A stretch of DNA of 64,000 bases, from positions 231,944,001-232,008,000 of the forward strand of contig NC_058368.1 in the NCBI RefSeq assembly GCF_018350175.1, read 5' to 3'. The DNA is from Felis catus. Lineage: Eukaryota. The translations under genes and the position numbers were made by a program. Positions within the stretch are counted from its first letter, which is position 1; the number at the start of each line of letters is the position of its first letter. This document shows positions 38,012 through 50,879 of the stretch, piece by piece. The notes below the pieces were generated by a model. It saw only the letters and a list, made by a program, of their open reading frames with translations. It made no database searches and had not been told where the DNA came from.

Positions 38012-38391
38012 TGTAATGGACTGAACGTTTGTGTCTTTGTGAAGTTCGTATGTTGAATTTCTAACCCCCAATGTGATGGTGTTGGGAGGAGGCGATTTGG
38101 GGAGATGATGGCCAAGCCCTCATAAATGGAATTAGTGTTCTTATAAAAGAAACACAAGACAGATGGCTTTCTCCTTCACCACCTCTCTTCCCCGTCTGCC
38201 GTGGGACAACCCAGAGTGAAGACAGCAGTCTGGGAACCAAGAAACAGACCCTCACCAGACACCAAATGTGCTCACACCTTTGGTCTTGGACTTCCTAGCC
38301 TCCAGAATTGTGAGAATAAATGTTTGTTGTTTAAGCCCCCCCCCCCCCCCCCCGTCAATGATAACTTATGACATAAGCCTGAGCCAAGATA
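38012..38391 (+). mobile_element. MLT1A-like solo LTR (ERVL-MaLR)
   Basis: tgtaatggactgaacgtttgtgtc ... ggacttcctagcctccagaattgtgagaataaatgtttgttgtttaagcc; 5-bp TSD ggagg / ggaga. Confidence 0.9.
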
Positions 38392-39344
38392 GGAGAACTT
38401 TAATAAATTTAAAAATGAGATTATCAATCAGAGTGGCTAGTAGGCACAGGATGTGTGGATCCCAGGATCGGTGGTGATTAAGAAATAGTGTAAGAGTGAA
38501 GGAAGATGCCTCAAGAGGGAGGAATGCAGTTATGTAGTCAGGTGAACTGAACCTTCACTGGTCATCCTTACTCCCCTTACGTTTGAAAGGTACAAGACGC
38601 GAGGGTCCATTGCTGTTTTGCAAATTACAGGTAGTGCTGAAGAATAACCAGAATCAGTGGAGAACAATGTGCCAAATGGGATCCCACTTAAGACTTGGAT
38701 CAATACGGATTTATGTGCGAAATTAAAAAAAAAAAAAGTTTTAACAAAGCAGATGATGTGCCTAAGTGGAAGTGGGAAATACGTTCTGCATACACAATCC
38801 AGTAGGATAGCATATTTAATTAGAAGTCGTATGATGTTAAGAATGCACTCTTTGAAAAACTTGTCTGTGAATTGTGTCCAACTGTTTTTATTTATTCTAG
38901 TGTGACTTCTTACGGGGAAAGAATAAAAGCAGCAGCATCTTAAAATAATACAGCGGAGAGTTGAAACGCGGTATGTAAATTGCCTCCCTTATATTTCACG
39001 TGGCAGAAGAAAGAGTGAATCTGTACAGTATTTACAAAGTAATTAGGAAGTTGTGCAATGACTATACCGGGCTTCCTGTTTTAGGAGCTAAGAAAAGTTT
39101 CAGTGGTAAGCGGCTTACCGTTTAGTGCGCTCTCAGTATTTGTGGACTCGGGAGAGCAGATGTCACCTGTGGATGATAAAGGACATTTCCTATTGCATAG
39201 CAGGAATTTCCAGTAAGTGGCGGGACTTTGATTGGAATCTCGAGAGGGGGCTGATGATTACATCCGGCAATGGTCTTAGCCATTCTTTTCCTCTTTACAA
39301 TGCATAAGCTATTTAATTGCATCTTAAAAAAAATCCGTCTAAAG

Positions 39345-39577
39345 CGGAGTTTCTCATTCTCAGCACTACTGACGTTTTGGGTTGGATAGTTTCTTTCTTT
39401 TTAGCGGGTTGGGTGGGGGGGCTTTCCTGTGTGTTACAGGATGTTTATCAGGATCCCCAATCTCTACTCGCTAGATGTCAGTAGTGTCCCCCAGTTGTGA
39501 CAGCCAAAATTGTCTCCAGACGTTGCTAAATGTTCCCAGGCAGAGGGCATAATATCGCTGTTGATTTTGAACTATTG
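39345..39577 (-). mobile_element. MER20 hAT-Charlie MITE
   Basis: cagcactactgacgttttggg ... cccagttgtgacagccaaaattgtctccagacgttgctaaatgttccc; decayed 8-bp TSD gtctaaag / gtcgaaac. Confidence 0.88.
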
Positions 39578-40025
39578 GTCGAAACACACTCTACTAAATT
39601 AGAAACAGGACAAATACAAGTCTCGAAAACACTGTGTGTACTTGTGTTAGCACATATCTGTGAACGCCAGGCCTTGGACTTGATGCAGTGCTATTTCCAT
39701 GTTGCCTTTGACAGGATTCCTGACCTCATGCCAGTAGCTTCCATCCAGGGAGATAGCCCTGAGTGGAGGCTGGCAAGCAGGATGCCACAGTGGCGTTTGC
39801 TCTCTCTTTCGTGGAGGCTGCTGGAGGCTCGCCTCCACCTGGATCTAAGTGCTGGGAAGTGTGGGGCCTGCCTTTGATGAGTAATGACTTTGAGGTTTAT
39901 CCTGTAGTTAGCAGTAATCAGAAAAGGGTTGGAGTGGATGGCCACGGCTGCCATCTCTGTCTTCCCTGACCCCCTGTATTTCCAGTTCAAGCTTTTACCC
40001 CTCATTTATGTGCTCCTGGATTTTA

Positions 40026-40237
40026 TTTTTATTTTTTAAATGTTTATTTATTTTGAGAGAGAGAGAGAGCACGCAGGTGGGGTAGGATCAGAGAGAGAGA
40101 GAAGAGAGAATCCCAAGCAGACTCTGTGCCATCAGTGAACAGCCCACTGCGGGGCTCAAACTCATGAACTGTGAGATCCTGACCGGAGCCAAAATCAAGA
40201 GTTGAAGACTCAACTGACCAAACCGTCTGGGTGCTCC
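40026..40237 (-). mobile_element. CAN-SINE
   Basis: 19-bp TSD tatgtgctcctggatttta at 40007-40025 and 40239-40257. Confidence 0.95.
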
Positions 40238-40486
40238 ATATGTGCTCCTGGATTTTAGAGTGAAAGGCTGGGACAAATAAAATCCAATCCCCCAACTACA
40301 GGCAAGAGAAGAGTTTTGAGAATTGATTTACGATATGATGACCCTTGGCCATCATTACATCTGCGTCCCTAATTTTTACTGGTAGCTCTCCCAAACAACA
40401 CAAGGATTAGAGTAAAATGTATGCTTGGAAGGACAAAGTGAGAATCTTTGTGGTGTTATCCCTGAAACCCACATTGATTAAAAAAA

Positions 40487-40694
40487 ATTTTTTTAACATT
40501 TATTTATTTTTGAGAGACAGAGTGAGAGTGGGAGTAGGGGAGGGGTAGAGAGAGAAGGAGGCACAGAATCTGACGCAGGCTCCAGGCTCTGAGCTGTCAG
40601 CACAGAGCCCGACGCGGGGCTCAGACCCACGACTGTGAGATCATGACCTGAGCCGAAGTCAGACGCTCCACCGATGGAGCCACCCAGGTGCCCC
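40487..40694 (-). mobile_element. CAN-SINE
   Basis: Full element; TSD aacccac. Confidence 0.95.
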
Positions 40695-41789
40695 AACCCA
40701 CTTTGTTTATTGAGCTGAGTGAGCATACTTTAGAGTTGCCCTTGAAAGAATGCAATTAAAAAATCATTATTATTATTATTATTATTATTACTATTATTTT
40801 GCTGCTGTACTTTCTCAGCTGTGATCCAAAGAAGACAGTTGCCTAGCGGGGGAAGATTTCACAGTGTATATCTCTGAACTAACTTGGAGATCTGATCCCA
40901 GCTCTAGCACTGCAGAATGTAATGTGTATTTGAGAAACTCCCTGAAATAGAGCGAGGCCATAAACCAGTGAGTGAATTAGAACGATGCAGACAGTAGTCG
41001 TTTTGATTCGATAGGTGCTCTGCAGGGCTTCTAATGCATATATTTCCCATTTTACTTAAAGGGAAATTCCACCCAATTTGCTTAGACCAACCATCTGGAA
41101 GTACTTTTTATTCCCTTTTGACACCTTGCCAACTGGAAGAAAAAAAGAGGACAAAAGTATTATAAAAATGCTGAATTTAATGCAATTAATGTTAACGAGA
41201 TGCTATTTTTTCATCTTCCAACACATGCATTGCATTAAATTAGGCTCTTCTAGGTTTATTATTACTTTTTTGATCCTTATTTGTTTTCTGTGTGTGTCAC
41301 AAAGTGTGTGGATTCCTTTCCTTCCATCGTTTGACATCCCTGAGGCCGTAAGGTGTCTGTGTTCAGTGACCATTGTCGCTGGATTATGTAGCACTCCCGT
41401 CTAATAAGTGAGGAGCCCTAGACACTGAGAAATCCAGTTCTTATGGTTGGTACAGCTTCCTCTGTACTGGTCAAAGGCTTTTGTTATTCAGTAATGAAAT
41501 CCTGTGTAAAGAAGGCATTTTCTGAAAGCTGCTTCTTAAAAGTAGTCATTTACGGGAAGCACTTATTGGATAAATCAAGTGGTGGTTGATTTATCATTTG
41601 AAAAATACAAGTCACAGATTCATTTGGGTCCGATGTCTACCTGCTTAAAGATCCATCCTGTCTTGTGATCAGCTCTCCTCTGTTTTTATCAAGTGGACTG
41701 AGCTTTGGGTGGTAAAGAGTTACACAAGATTGAGACCCATCTATGAAGCAGTGTCATATTTATCGAATAGCCATCTGTGAAGTGGTGTA

Positions 41790-41970
41790 CTATTTAGAGT
41801 AGTCTTTCTTTGTGTCAGGGACTGTACAGGTGGTTTTTGAATCTTGTGTTGGTCATGATGGAGACCCTGCAAGGTTTTAGTCCCATTTAATAGATAAAAT
41901 TGAGAAACAGAAGTCATGTAACTTTCCCAAGGTACAATCACAAAGCTGGGATTAATTTCAGGATCTGCTA
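41790..41970 (-). mobile_element. MIR
   Basis: cccatttaatagataaaattgagaaacagaagtcatgtaactttcccaaggt. Confidence 0.65.
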
Positions 41971-42036
41971 ACTCAAAACCCCTCCCTGATTCATAGAAAA
42001 ATTCTTCTCTTGGTTGTGAATGATTACCTGTGGCCG

Positions 42037-42057
42037 GTGTGTGTGTGTGTGTGTGTG

Positions 42058-42098
<41 letters not shown>

Positions 42099-42190
42099 AT
42101 ACATATACATGTATGTATACATATACATATATGTAATGATATATATGTATACATATTTGTATATGTATACATATATAAATATATATATAT
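42037..42190. repeat. (GT)11 AT (AC)18 followed by AT/AC-rich alternating purine-pyrimidine repeat
   Basis: Read directly from the sequence. Confidence 0.97.
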
Positions 42191-42860
42191 TTTTTTCTAA
42201 TGAACAGATCATTGGTTTTGCTGAGGTTTTTGGATGAGTTTCTTGGTGCATTTGCGTGTAGATTTCTAGTAAAGAATGTTACCAAGGTCTTATGTTATGG
42301 TTAGTAGACAGTAAAAGCATTTATCAAGCCAATGACTTATAAACATTTGAAAATGGACATATTTCCATCTTAATATTTATGCAAGATCCATGATATTTCA
42401 AACACTGAATGGAGATCTGTGTTATAAAATCGAATCAGAGGGACATTTTAAAATTTTATGCCCATTTAGAGAGAATATATTGGGTAGGCATCAGCAAAAG
42501 AGCTAGAGAAAAACTATTATCTTTGATGAAAGTAATTTTTTTTTACTCACAGTGAATTGCTAGATCTTGAATGCAACTGAGTAAAGTTTTCCGTATCTTA
42601 TGCTTCATTTATTGTAAATGAAATTAATTTCATTTGATGATATCCCTTAGTCTCAAATATTATTACAGTGAAATATGATGATTATAATGATGTCTATTTA
42701 TGCATATAATATGTGTTTTCCTAAACTAATTACATAATAAATTTTCATTTCACTGTGACAAGAGAGTTGGGTATCCTTTTAGCTCTCACACAGTTAAAAA
42801 AGAAAGACAGTAGATGATAATTTTGAATCAGGTCCTACTAGATGAAAAAAAAAGTGTTAG

Positions 42861-43090
42861 GGGGTGCCTGGATGGCTCAGTCGGTTAAGGGTCTAACTCT
42901 TGGTTTTGGCTCAGGTCATGATCTCACGGTTTCGTGAGTTCGAGCCCCGTGTTGGGCCCTGTGCTGACAGTGCTGGGAGCCTGCTTGTGATTCTCTCTCT
43001 CTCCCTCTCTCTGTGCCCCTCCCGCATTCACGCTGTTTCTGTCTCTCTCAAAATGAATAAATAAACTTAAAAAAATTTATTTACAAGAAA
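42861..43090 (+). mobile_element. CAN-SINE
   Basis: Head, (CT)n, A tail. Confidence 0.95.
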
Positions 43091-43732
43091 GAGAAAAGTT
43101 AGGAAATGTTCTCTCCTACTTTTTTCAGATGAGTTTTACTTTAGAGATTTTACATCCTTATTTCAGTATGCATCGTGCTTGCATGCGGGGAAATTCATTT
43201 AAAGAAAGATTGATAAACTCTGTTAATGCTAGACTGTTGGGGAAACTGAGTACAGGAATGTTTCAGAAACGTAGTTGTGTCATTTGACTTTTATTGAGCA
43301 TGTGAAGCTTCTGTCCATATAGAACAAAAACGTTGTGGAATGGTTATCTGCTGTCATTTCCCTTCCCAGGTCACTACGTAAACTGAACAGGCTGACAATA
43401 CATAGCAATTTAGTTTCTCCAGTGTATACGGTGATTTTGTGAATTCATGTTGCCCTCTGTGCTAACTTCCCTTTTCTGTCCCCTTCAGCCACACACTGCA
43501 ACATGTCTTGTCACTCTTTCCAGTTCTTAATGCTTTAAGGCTTATGCGTCTTTCATTATGAAGTCCCACTGAAGGTTTTTCACCAATAGATCAATATGTA
43601 CCAGCCCGTTTGTATGAGTCCTAGCTCCACTCTGCCCACTACTATAAGCATGCCATTTAAATCTTGGATATTCTTTGCCTGAACCTCCCAAGTCCTGTCT
43701 GAGGTTTCAGAAGCCAGTTGAACTCCTTCCTC

Positions 43733-43737
<5 letters not shown>

Positions 43738-43767
<30 letters not shown>

Positions 43768-43989
43768 TTTTTTTTAATTTTTTTTTTAACGTTTATTTAT
43801 TTTTGAGACAGAGAGAGATAGAACATGAACGGGCGAGGGGCAGAGAGAGAGGGAGACACAGAATCGGAAACAGGCTCCAGGCTCTGAGCCATCCGCCCAG
43901 AGCCCGACGCGGGGCTCGAACTCACGGAGCGTGAGATCGTGACCTGGTTGAAGTCGGACGCTCAACCGACTGCGCCACCCAGGCGCCCC
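43738..43989 (-). mobile_element. Young felid SINE with long tail
   Basis: Perfect 18-bp TSD gaactccttcctcttctt at 43720-43737 and 43990-44007. Confidence 0.97.
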
Positions 43990-44745
43990 GAACTCCTTCC
44001 TCTTCTTAAGCCAACTTCCTTATGTCTGGTTAGTCCCATCTAGGTCTAGTGTATACTTTCACACTTGCTTTTGTAGATTCACAGATGATATATGTTTGAG
44101 TAATGCCCTTTCTCTTTCTCCAGAGTACTCCCCTGATGGTTTGGGAAGAGCTTTGCCCATTCTTCTGTCTCTGGATGATTTATTTCCCGTTATCCTGGGG
44201 ACATGCCCATCATTCCCGACGTCCCCTTCACGCTGACTCCCAGGAACCTAGGACCTAACTGTCTGACCTTGTGGTGGCTGGCTGGGAATGCAGATTCTGT
44301 TTTGCCTCCTGCCAACAATCATTCTACACACATTTTATGCGGTGGGTTGTATGGAATGGTGGACGTTGTTGGTGAAACACCAGAGATTGCTGATGGATGG
44401 ATGTATACATGCTGTGTTTCGGTCACGATGTTTTTGAATACAAGAAAATAATAACAAGGAGGACTGTTCGGTGTAGGAAACAATGGTAAAGTGATGGAGG
44501 GATTACAATAAAAGCAGTGCATAGTGGTTTTTTTTTAATATGACATTCTTGGTATAAAGTGTAAAGAATATTACTAGTCAGTCAAGGTAGCTATTCCAAA
44601 GGTGAGTCATTTAAATATAGAGTAATCTGGGAAGTGGTAGACTGCATTTTCTTTTCATATAATGGATTCTGTGGGGCTTAATTAGAACAAGCAGAAGGGA
44701 TGGGTAAAGGAAAGGGTACCTGGAATCCAGGACAGGATGGATTTT

Positions 44746-44964
44746 TAAAAAAATTTTTTTTAACATTTATTCATATTTGAGAGGGAGAGAGACAGAGCAT
44801 CAGCGGGGGAGGGGCAGAGAGAGAGGGAGACACAGAATCCGAAGCAGCCTCCAGACTCCGAGCTGTCAGCACAGGGCCCGACGTGGGGCTCGAACTCACG
44901 GACTGTGAGATCATGACCTGAGCCGAAGTCGGACGCTCAACCGACTGAGCCACCCGGGCGCCCC
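44746..44964 (-). mobile_element. CAN-SINE
   Basis: TSD caggacaggat(g/t)gatttt. Confidence 0.95.
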
Positions 44965-46639
44965 CAGGACAGGATTGATTTTCTGCCCATCGTTTACTGG
45001 GACAAGCCCCTTTCTTCTTGCAGGAGATGGAGTCTTTCATTTTACAGAACACCTTATGTGGGTTTAGCTAAGATCTTCTATTTCATTCTAAAAGAAAGCT
45101 CTAGTACCGATTGTCACAGTATTATTTGGCCTCAATTAACCTCTGCTTATCCTCCTCTAAGTTATAATATTTTCTAATCACGATCACATATTTAACGTCA
45201 AGTTTTTCTGTTGGGTGGGCAGAAGATTAATTTTATTTCTCCCTTCTTCTGTTCCTTCCTTGTGGGTAATTCATCAGCACAGTTTAATTCTTTGGGCTGG
45301 GGATAAGCTTTCCTTCTAACAGTGGGGGAAGGTGCGGCGACATGACTTGACTGTCAGTCCGTGGGTCGCATAAGAGAAGTGCCCCAGGCCTGTTCTTGCT
45401 GGAAATGATACACGTGTGACTCAGGTGCGCTTTTATCGGTGTGCCGCTGGGGACGCACTGTTGTTTCCACTTGATGTTGCTTGGATGTGGGCTGGAGGTG
45501 CATCCCTCCCGAAGTGGCTGCACTCAGAGGACACCCACGGAATAGATAAGGCACAGAGTCCATGTCCACAACAAAGACTCGTCTTTCATTTGTCTGCTGT
45601 AGCCCAAGGCTAAGTGACGTCTCCAATTAAGAAGATTTATGAAACTCCGGAGTCCCACAAGATAATCAGCAGCATAACAGGGAACATGCGAGAGACATGC
45701 CGTGTTATTCCTTCTTTTCTGTTGTGCAGCTGTCTGACCCGGTTTCTCTGGCCTGGACTGGAGCAAGCAGCTTAGTATGCACGAAGGCTGAGAATAATGT
45801 TTGGAGTGGTGCTGTAAGCTATTTTATTTATGGTTACACAGTGTACTTAGTTTTTTACATTATCACAGGATGAAATGAGAAATGCCTCTATGAAGAAAAA
45901 AAAAGTCCAGATGGAAATTGTCATTTGCTATAATTCAGGAATAAATATAGTGGGTAGGTACAGAACGCTCTGTTGTGGAAATGTAGGCAGCTTGTATGTG
46001 TTTCTTCTTTACTTGTAGCCTGTTTTGTTTCCTTATTCATAATCTTTCAAAAGAATAGCCTGGATGCTTTGCAAAATTGAAGACCAATGAAATGGAAATC
46101 CCAATCCCGGGGAGATTGACGGCTGACTTCTCAGGGAAATCAGACATTAAAACAACGCTAGGAAAATGGAACAAAATGCTCTGAAAAAGGGAATAAAGAA
46201 AAGTCCTGTCTCTTTGGAGCTCACGTCACGTCAAATAAAATGTATTAGTTATAGTTAACGATATTTTAAATAAGGTATTAGTGTGTCTCTGGCTTTCCTT
46301 ATTATTATTATTATTATTATTATTTTACTTAATGATAGACTTACAACATCGTGTGATTTCTCTTGTCCTATTATAGATGTAGGTGCTTATCTGTTATTTA
46401 CACAATTTTCAATTTAATAAAAACAAATGAAAGATACTGGAAAATACAACTTCTAGCATTAGCTTTTAATTAATGGTTGCTAAAAAATTCTCATGATAAA
46501 ACAAAAGCCGGAAGAGCTTTTTCCTATTGAATTATTATTTTCATAGGGAGATTCATAAAATTTTTTATGAGGATTACATGATGCCTGGATATAGGAAAGA
46601 AAAAGAAAACCCTAAGTAAAGGCTACAGTGTCCTACTTT

Positions 46640-47001
46640 ATCTCAATATGAAATCAGGGAGCAGTGCGGGGGGGCGGGGGTCTTACTCCTTTGTTGAAAC
46701 CAGTTTTTCCTTGAGTTTGTCTCTCCCTGGAGACTTGGGCTCAAGCAGCTCCACGAACTGTCAGCAGAAGCCATCTGGTAATGACCCAGCCGCCCCCTGT
46801 CCTGTCTTCCCTGGCACTTTCCCCACGTGGCCAGGTGCATTTAGTAATTTCTCAACACCTCTTCGGGGAGGGAAGTGCACTTTTCCACAGGGAGAAACTT
46901 AGTCATGGAAAGGCTTATGATGTGAAGATCTGAAGGTCAACCCATAAATCACTCCCGGAGCTGCTGCTGACGAGTCTCTGTGTCTCTGTGCGCAGGTAAA
47001 G
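46640..47001 (+). promoter_or_regulatory. Candidate internal promoter / alternative first exon
   Basis: GC box GGGGGCGGGGG about 46670-46680, AAACCAGTTT (GRHL-like) 46697-46706, GGGAAGTG (ETS-like) about 46870, donor candidates CTG|GTAATG (46778) and CAG|GTAAAG (46996); no recognisable repeat. Confidence 0.4.
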
Positions 47002-47560
47002 GTCCCTTCCCAGCTGTGGGCCTAGAAGGAGGGTCCGGGTGCATGCACAGGCCACAGCTGGACCGCTGGACAGCTGGACAGAGGGATGTGGGGGTTTCCT
47101 TCTTGCCGGGCCATGAACTCAGATCACCAGTGTTTTCGTTACGCTGTTCTGTCCTTTGCCATTTGGGCCAGTAACTTGGCTGCCCAGGTTTGCCCGAAAA
47201 GGGCTTTGAGAGCCGCAGATCTGCAGCCCAGATCCCAGATTCCACACTAAGGATGCAGGTTGAGAGAGAGGCAGGCACGTCTCGGTGAATGATTAGCATT
47301 TGGCTTTCCTGGGGAATTAGTTTCCTGTGTTTTCAGCCACGTTTCTAAACTGGTAGGCATTAAACCGCACTTTCGTGTAGCATGCTTATTTGGTGATTAG
47401 CCAGGTGTCGAGGTCTAACTGAAGAGTGGCTGGTTTGGCATGGAGACTCTTGAATCCTGGTTTCAGCTCCGGGGGTCTGGGGCAGACCACTTTTCCTCCT
47501 GGGGCCTCAGCTTTTAAGTCTGTGAAAAGAGAAGGTGGAAGTAAGATGGGTGGGGTTGAT

Positions 47561-47778
47561 GGGGCGCCTCGGGGGGCTCAGTCGGTGGAGCATCCGACTT
47601 CGGCTCAGGTCGTGAGCTCACAGTTCGTGGGTTCAAGTCCCGCATCGGGCTCTGGGCTGACAGCTCGGAGCCCGCAGCCTACTTCGGATTCTGTGTCTCC
47701 TTCTCTCTCTGCCCCTCCCCCACTCACGCTTTGTCTCACTCTGTTTCCCAAAAATAAATAAGCGTAAAAAAAAAAAAA
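47561..47778 (+). mobile_element. CAN-SINE inserted next to a MIR remnant
   Basis: TSD gggtggggtt / gggtggtgtt. Confidence 0.95.
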
Positions 47779-48029
47779 CGGGTGGTGTTCAAAACAGTGT
47801 TTAAGATGGCCCTGGGTTTTCCCAAGAGTTCTCTGAGAGAGAAGGGGGGGCTGGAATCAAGGCTTTTGAAAACTGTGGTCTGTTGTTAGAAAAAGGCTGA
47901 AAATCTGCAACCGGATGTTCCTGGAGCTCTGTTTGACTCTGACATTTGTTTTAAAAAATGCAACTTAAAGGTAAAATTTGCCTTGGAACCGTTTTCGGTG
48001 TAGAGCGGCTGCAGAGTAGAAGGGTTCAA

Positions 48030-48470
48030 AGACCCAGAGACATGGCTGCCAGGGTCAAGTCTCCGCTCTGCCACTTATGTGATGCTGGGGACTTGGGCAC
48101 GTTTCTTCACGTCCCTGTGCCTCAGTTTCCTTATCTGTGAAAAGAGGACAGTAACTTTGGGTAATAATGGTTGTCGGTGTAGGTTTATTGATTGTAACAC
48201 ACATGCCACTCTGGTGGGGAAGTTGATGATGGGGAGATTATACATTTGTGTGTGGGCAGATGGCATTGTAGGAAATTTCTGTACCTTCCCCTCGATTGTG
48301 ACGAAAACACGAAGCTGCTTTGAAAATAAACTCTATTAGTACCAAAAAAAACACAAAACAGGATAATAATAATAGTAACTGTTTCACTGGGTTGTTATAA
48401 AGGCAAGATAGTTCGTAATCGTAAAATATTTAGAACACCCACTTGACACCTATTAAGCACATTTAAAAGA
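48030..48470 (+). mobile_element. MIR split by an L1 3' end
   Basis: gtgcctcagtttccttatctgtgaaa, resuming ataataatagtaactgtttcactgggttgtt. Confidence 0.75.
48154..48358 (+). mobile_element. L1MC-like 3' terminus with A-rich tail
   Basis: ctttgggtaataatg ... gattgtaacacacatgccactctggtgggg ... aaataaactctatt. Confidence 0.75.
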
Positions 48471-49444
48471 CTTAAGTACTAAGTGGGTGCTCATCCATTG
48501 GAAAACTTGTTTTGCAACATGCAGCAATCTCTACAGTTTGGAAGCAATTTCAGTATTCGTTTTCTTCACGTCCAATGTGTTTCCAGCTTGTCTTAATAAG
48601 ATGGCAACCCAAACATTTGTGTACAGTGGGTGTTTCAGGCCAAGAGAACAATTTGAGCAAATTTGAGAAATGTAGACGTTCTCAAAGTGGAAAATTCCAG
48701 CGTAGGGAAGAATTGGGTGCTGAGAAAGTTGTCCGAGCAGGGGTTAGATGATGCTGGAGCCCAGTGCAGGGTTGGGGGGATCCCCTCATCCCTGTGGGAT
48801 TGAGACTTCCAGTTAATGGTGGTGATGATGGTGGAAGAGGTGGTTGATGGTGGAGACGGTGGTGATGGCGGGCAGGACAGGAGACTCTCCCTTCTCCCCT
48901 TGTTGGATTTTGTGCTGGAGATTCCTTACCCGGAGCTCAGGGGTATCTGATAGACTGCTTTGCTGATGGATAAGAGGCGGCTCAGTTCATTCTTGGAATT
49001 GAAGAAAAGGAAGCCATGTAGCGGGAGGAGCGGGAGGCAGGCAGGGACTGAAGAAGCCTTCTTTCCCTCTATCCTTTGTGGCCGTCTCCCGTGAAGATCA
49101 GACAGCCTCGCCCGCAGGTGCATACCTGGCGTGGCAGTCCATCATCCTCTCCAGGCAGAACAAAAGCCGCCGATCACTAGGGGATCGAAGTAGCCTTTCA
49201 TGAGACATTTGGGGTTCCTGTTCAGGTCTTTGAAGGTTCTGCCTACAAACGTTGGCAGCGCTCATTTCATTTACCAAACCGTGCTGTCCTTGTTACTGCG
49301 GTAACGGCGGCACACCTAATCTGGTGTCCACGATGTACGTGATTTGTAAAACGCACATTTCATTGTGGTGAAATTGCGTGTGGTGGTGATTCGGGATACG
49401 GTTTTGATGGGTACGTATAGCACTTTCTGTCTGTAGGATCGTAT

Positions 49445-49662
49445 TTTTAAATTTTTTTTTAACGTTTTTATTGATTTTTGAGAGAGACAGACCAAGTGCA
49501 AGCAGGGGAGGGGCGGAGAGAGGGGGAGACACAGAATCCGAAGCAGGCTCCAGGTTCCGAGCCGTCAGCACAGAGCCCGACGTGGGGCTCGAACTCATGA
49601 ACCACAAGATCGTGACCTGAGCCGAAGTCGGACGCTTAACCGACTGAGCCCCCGGGCGCCCC
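49445..49662 (-). mobile_element. CAN-SINE
   Basis: TSD ctgtaggatc(g/a)tatt. Confidence 0.95.
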
Positions 49663-49802
49663 AGCCTGTAGGATCATATTGACTTAGTAAGTGGACAAGA
49701 GCACTGAAGTATGGAAGAAGAAATCAGACGTTCCCTTTTTACACGCAGTCCTTCTGTTATGTCGTATCTCAATATTTCTTTGGCAGGTAACTTTGTATGT
49801 AG

Positions 49803-50262
49803 CAGTCATTCTCAATATGAGGGAGGGTGACCTGCTCCCCCCTTCCCAGGACGTTTGTCGATATCTAGAGGCATTTTCATGGGGGCGCCTGGGTGGCTCA
49901 GTCAGTTAAGTGCCTGACTCTTGATTTCAGCTCAGGTCGTGATTTCACGGTTCGTGGGATCCAGCCCCGTGTTGGGCTCTGCGCTGACAGGGTGGAGCCT
50001 GCTTGGGATTCTTCCGTCTCTCTCTGCCCCTTACCTGCTTGCACTCTCTCTGTCTCAAAATAAATAAGTAAACTGAAAAAACATCTAGAGACATTTCTTT
50101 GGCAAACCTATTGTCTTGTGTTCCCGGGATCTCCTAAGTAGAGGTAAGCAGTACTGCTCAGACCCTCTGGTGCTCAGACAGCTCCCAGAACAACAGATCA
50201 CTTGTTCATCCCTTGGACGAATGGACGTCCCAACGCCAGTAATGGTGAGAGTGAGGAACTCT
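49803..50262 (+). mobile_element. MER20-like MITE split by a SINE
   Basis: cagtcattctcaa ... ccaggacgtttgtcgatatctagaggcatttt [SINE] ... gtgaggaactctg. Confidence 0.65.
49882..50081 (+). mobile_element. CAN-SINE
   Basis: TSD atctagag(g/a)cattt. Confidence 0.95.
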
Positions 50263-50879
50263 GGGTGTACGGTGTTTGTTCCATGAGAACCTTTATCGAA
50301 TATACGCTCCTCATTCTGGAATCTTCCTTTCCGTTTCCCGAGTTCCATGACCACACCGTCAAACATTGACTCAAAGACCTGTTTGAAATCCGCACACTAC
50401 AAGAAACCTACTTGCGTCGGGGGAGTTCCTTTTTGCATCTTTTCTGTGCCTTCTCCTGATGCAAATATTTCCGGTTTAACCCTCAAGACATCCTGTGTTT
50501 CTCAACATGGTATTTTTATTACTTCTTACACAGCAACTTCTATGTATGTTTCTTCTCCCTAAATTTGGCTTTAAGCTTCTTAATGCTGTGTGAAATTGCT
50601 TTGAATTATGTTAAAAATGTAGTTTAGTGCTATCCACGCTTGACACATCCAGTAAATACTGAACGTTCAGATTTGATCCTTGATGCGTTTGTATAAATCA
50701 AAACATTGTTTTCTTGATATTCATCATTCCTTTCACTGAAGGGAAAAGGCAGTGTTTCCTCTTTTATTTTCCTAAAGCAGAAACATATTTAAATCTCACT
50801 GGTTTTGAATACTGACCTCAAAACAGTTTGTTTCTTGTCTGAGAAACTATTTCTAGCTTTTTATTTTTCTAAGCTTATT

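Noticed and set aside
41741..42285. Y/I/C/V/H/T-repeat ORFs
   Set aside because: Microsatellite translations.
44105..44125. Other acceptor-like sites (also near 2938, 43488 and 60527)
   Set aside because: No convincing paired donor or reading frame; such motifs are common in introns.
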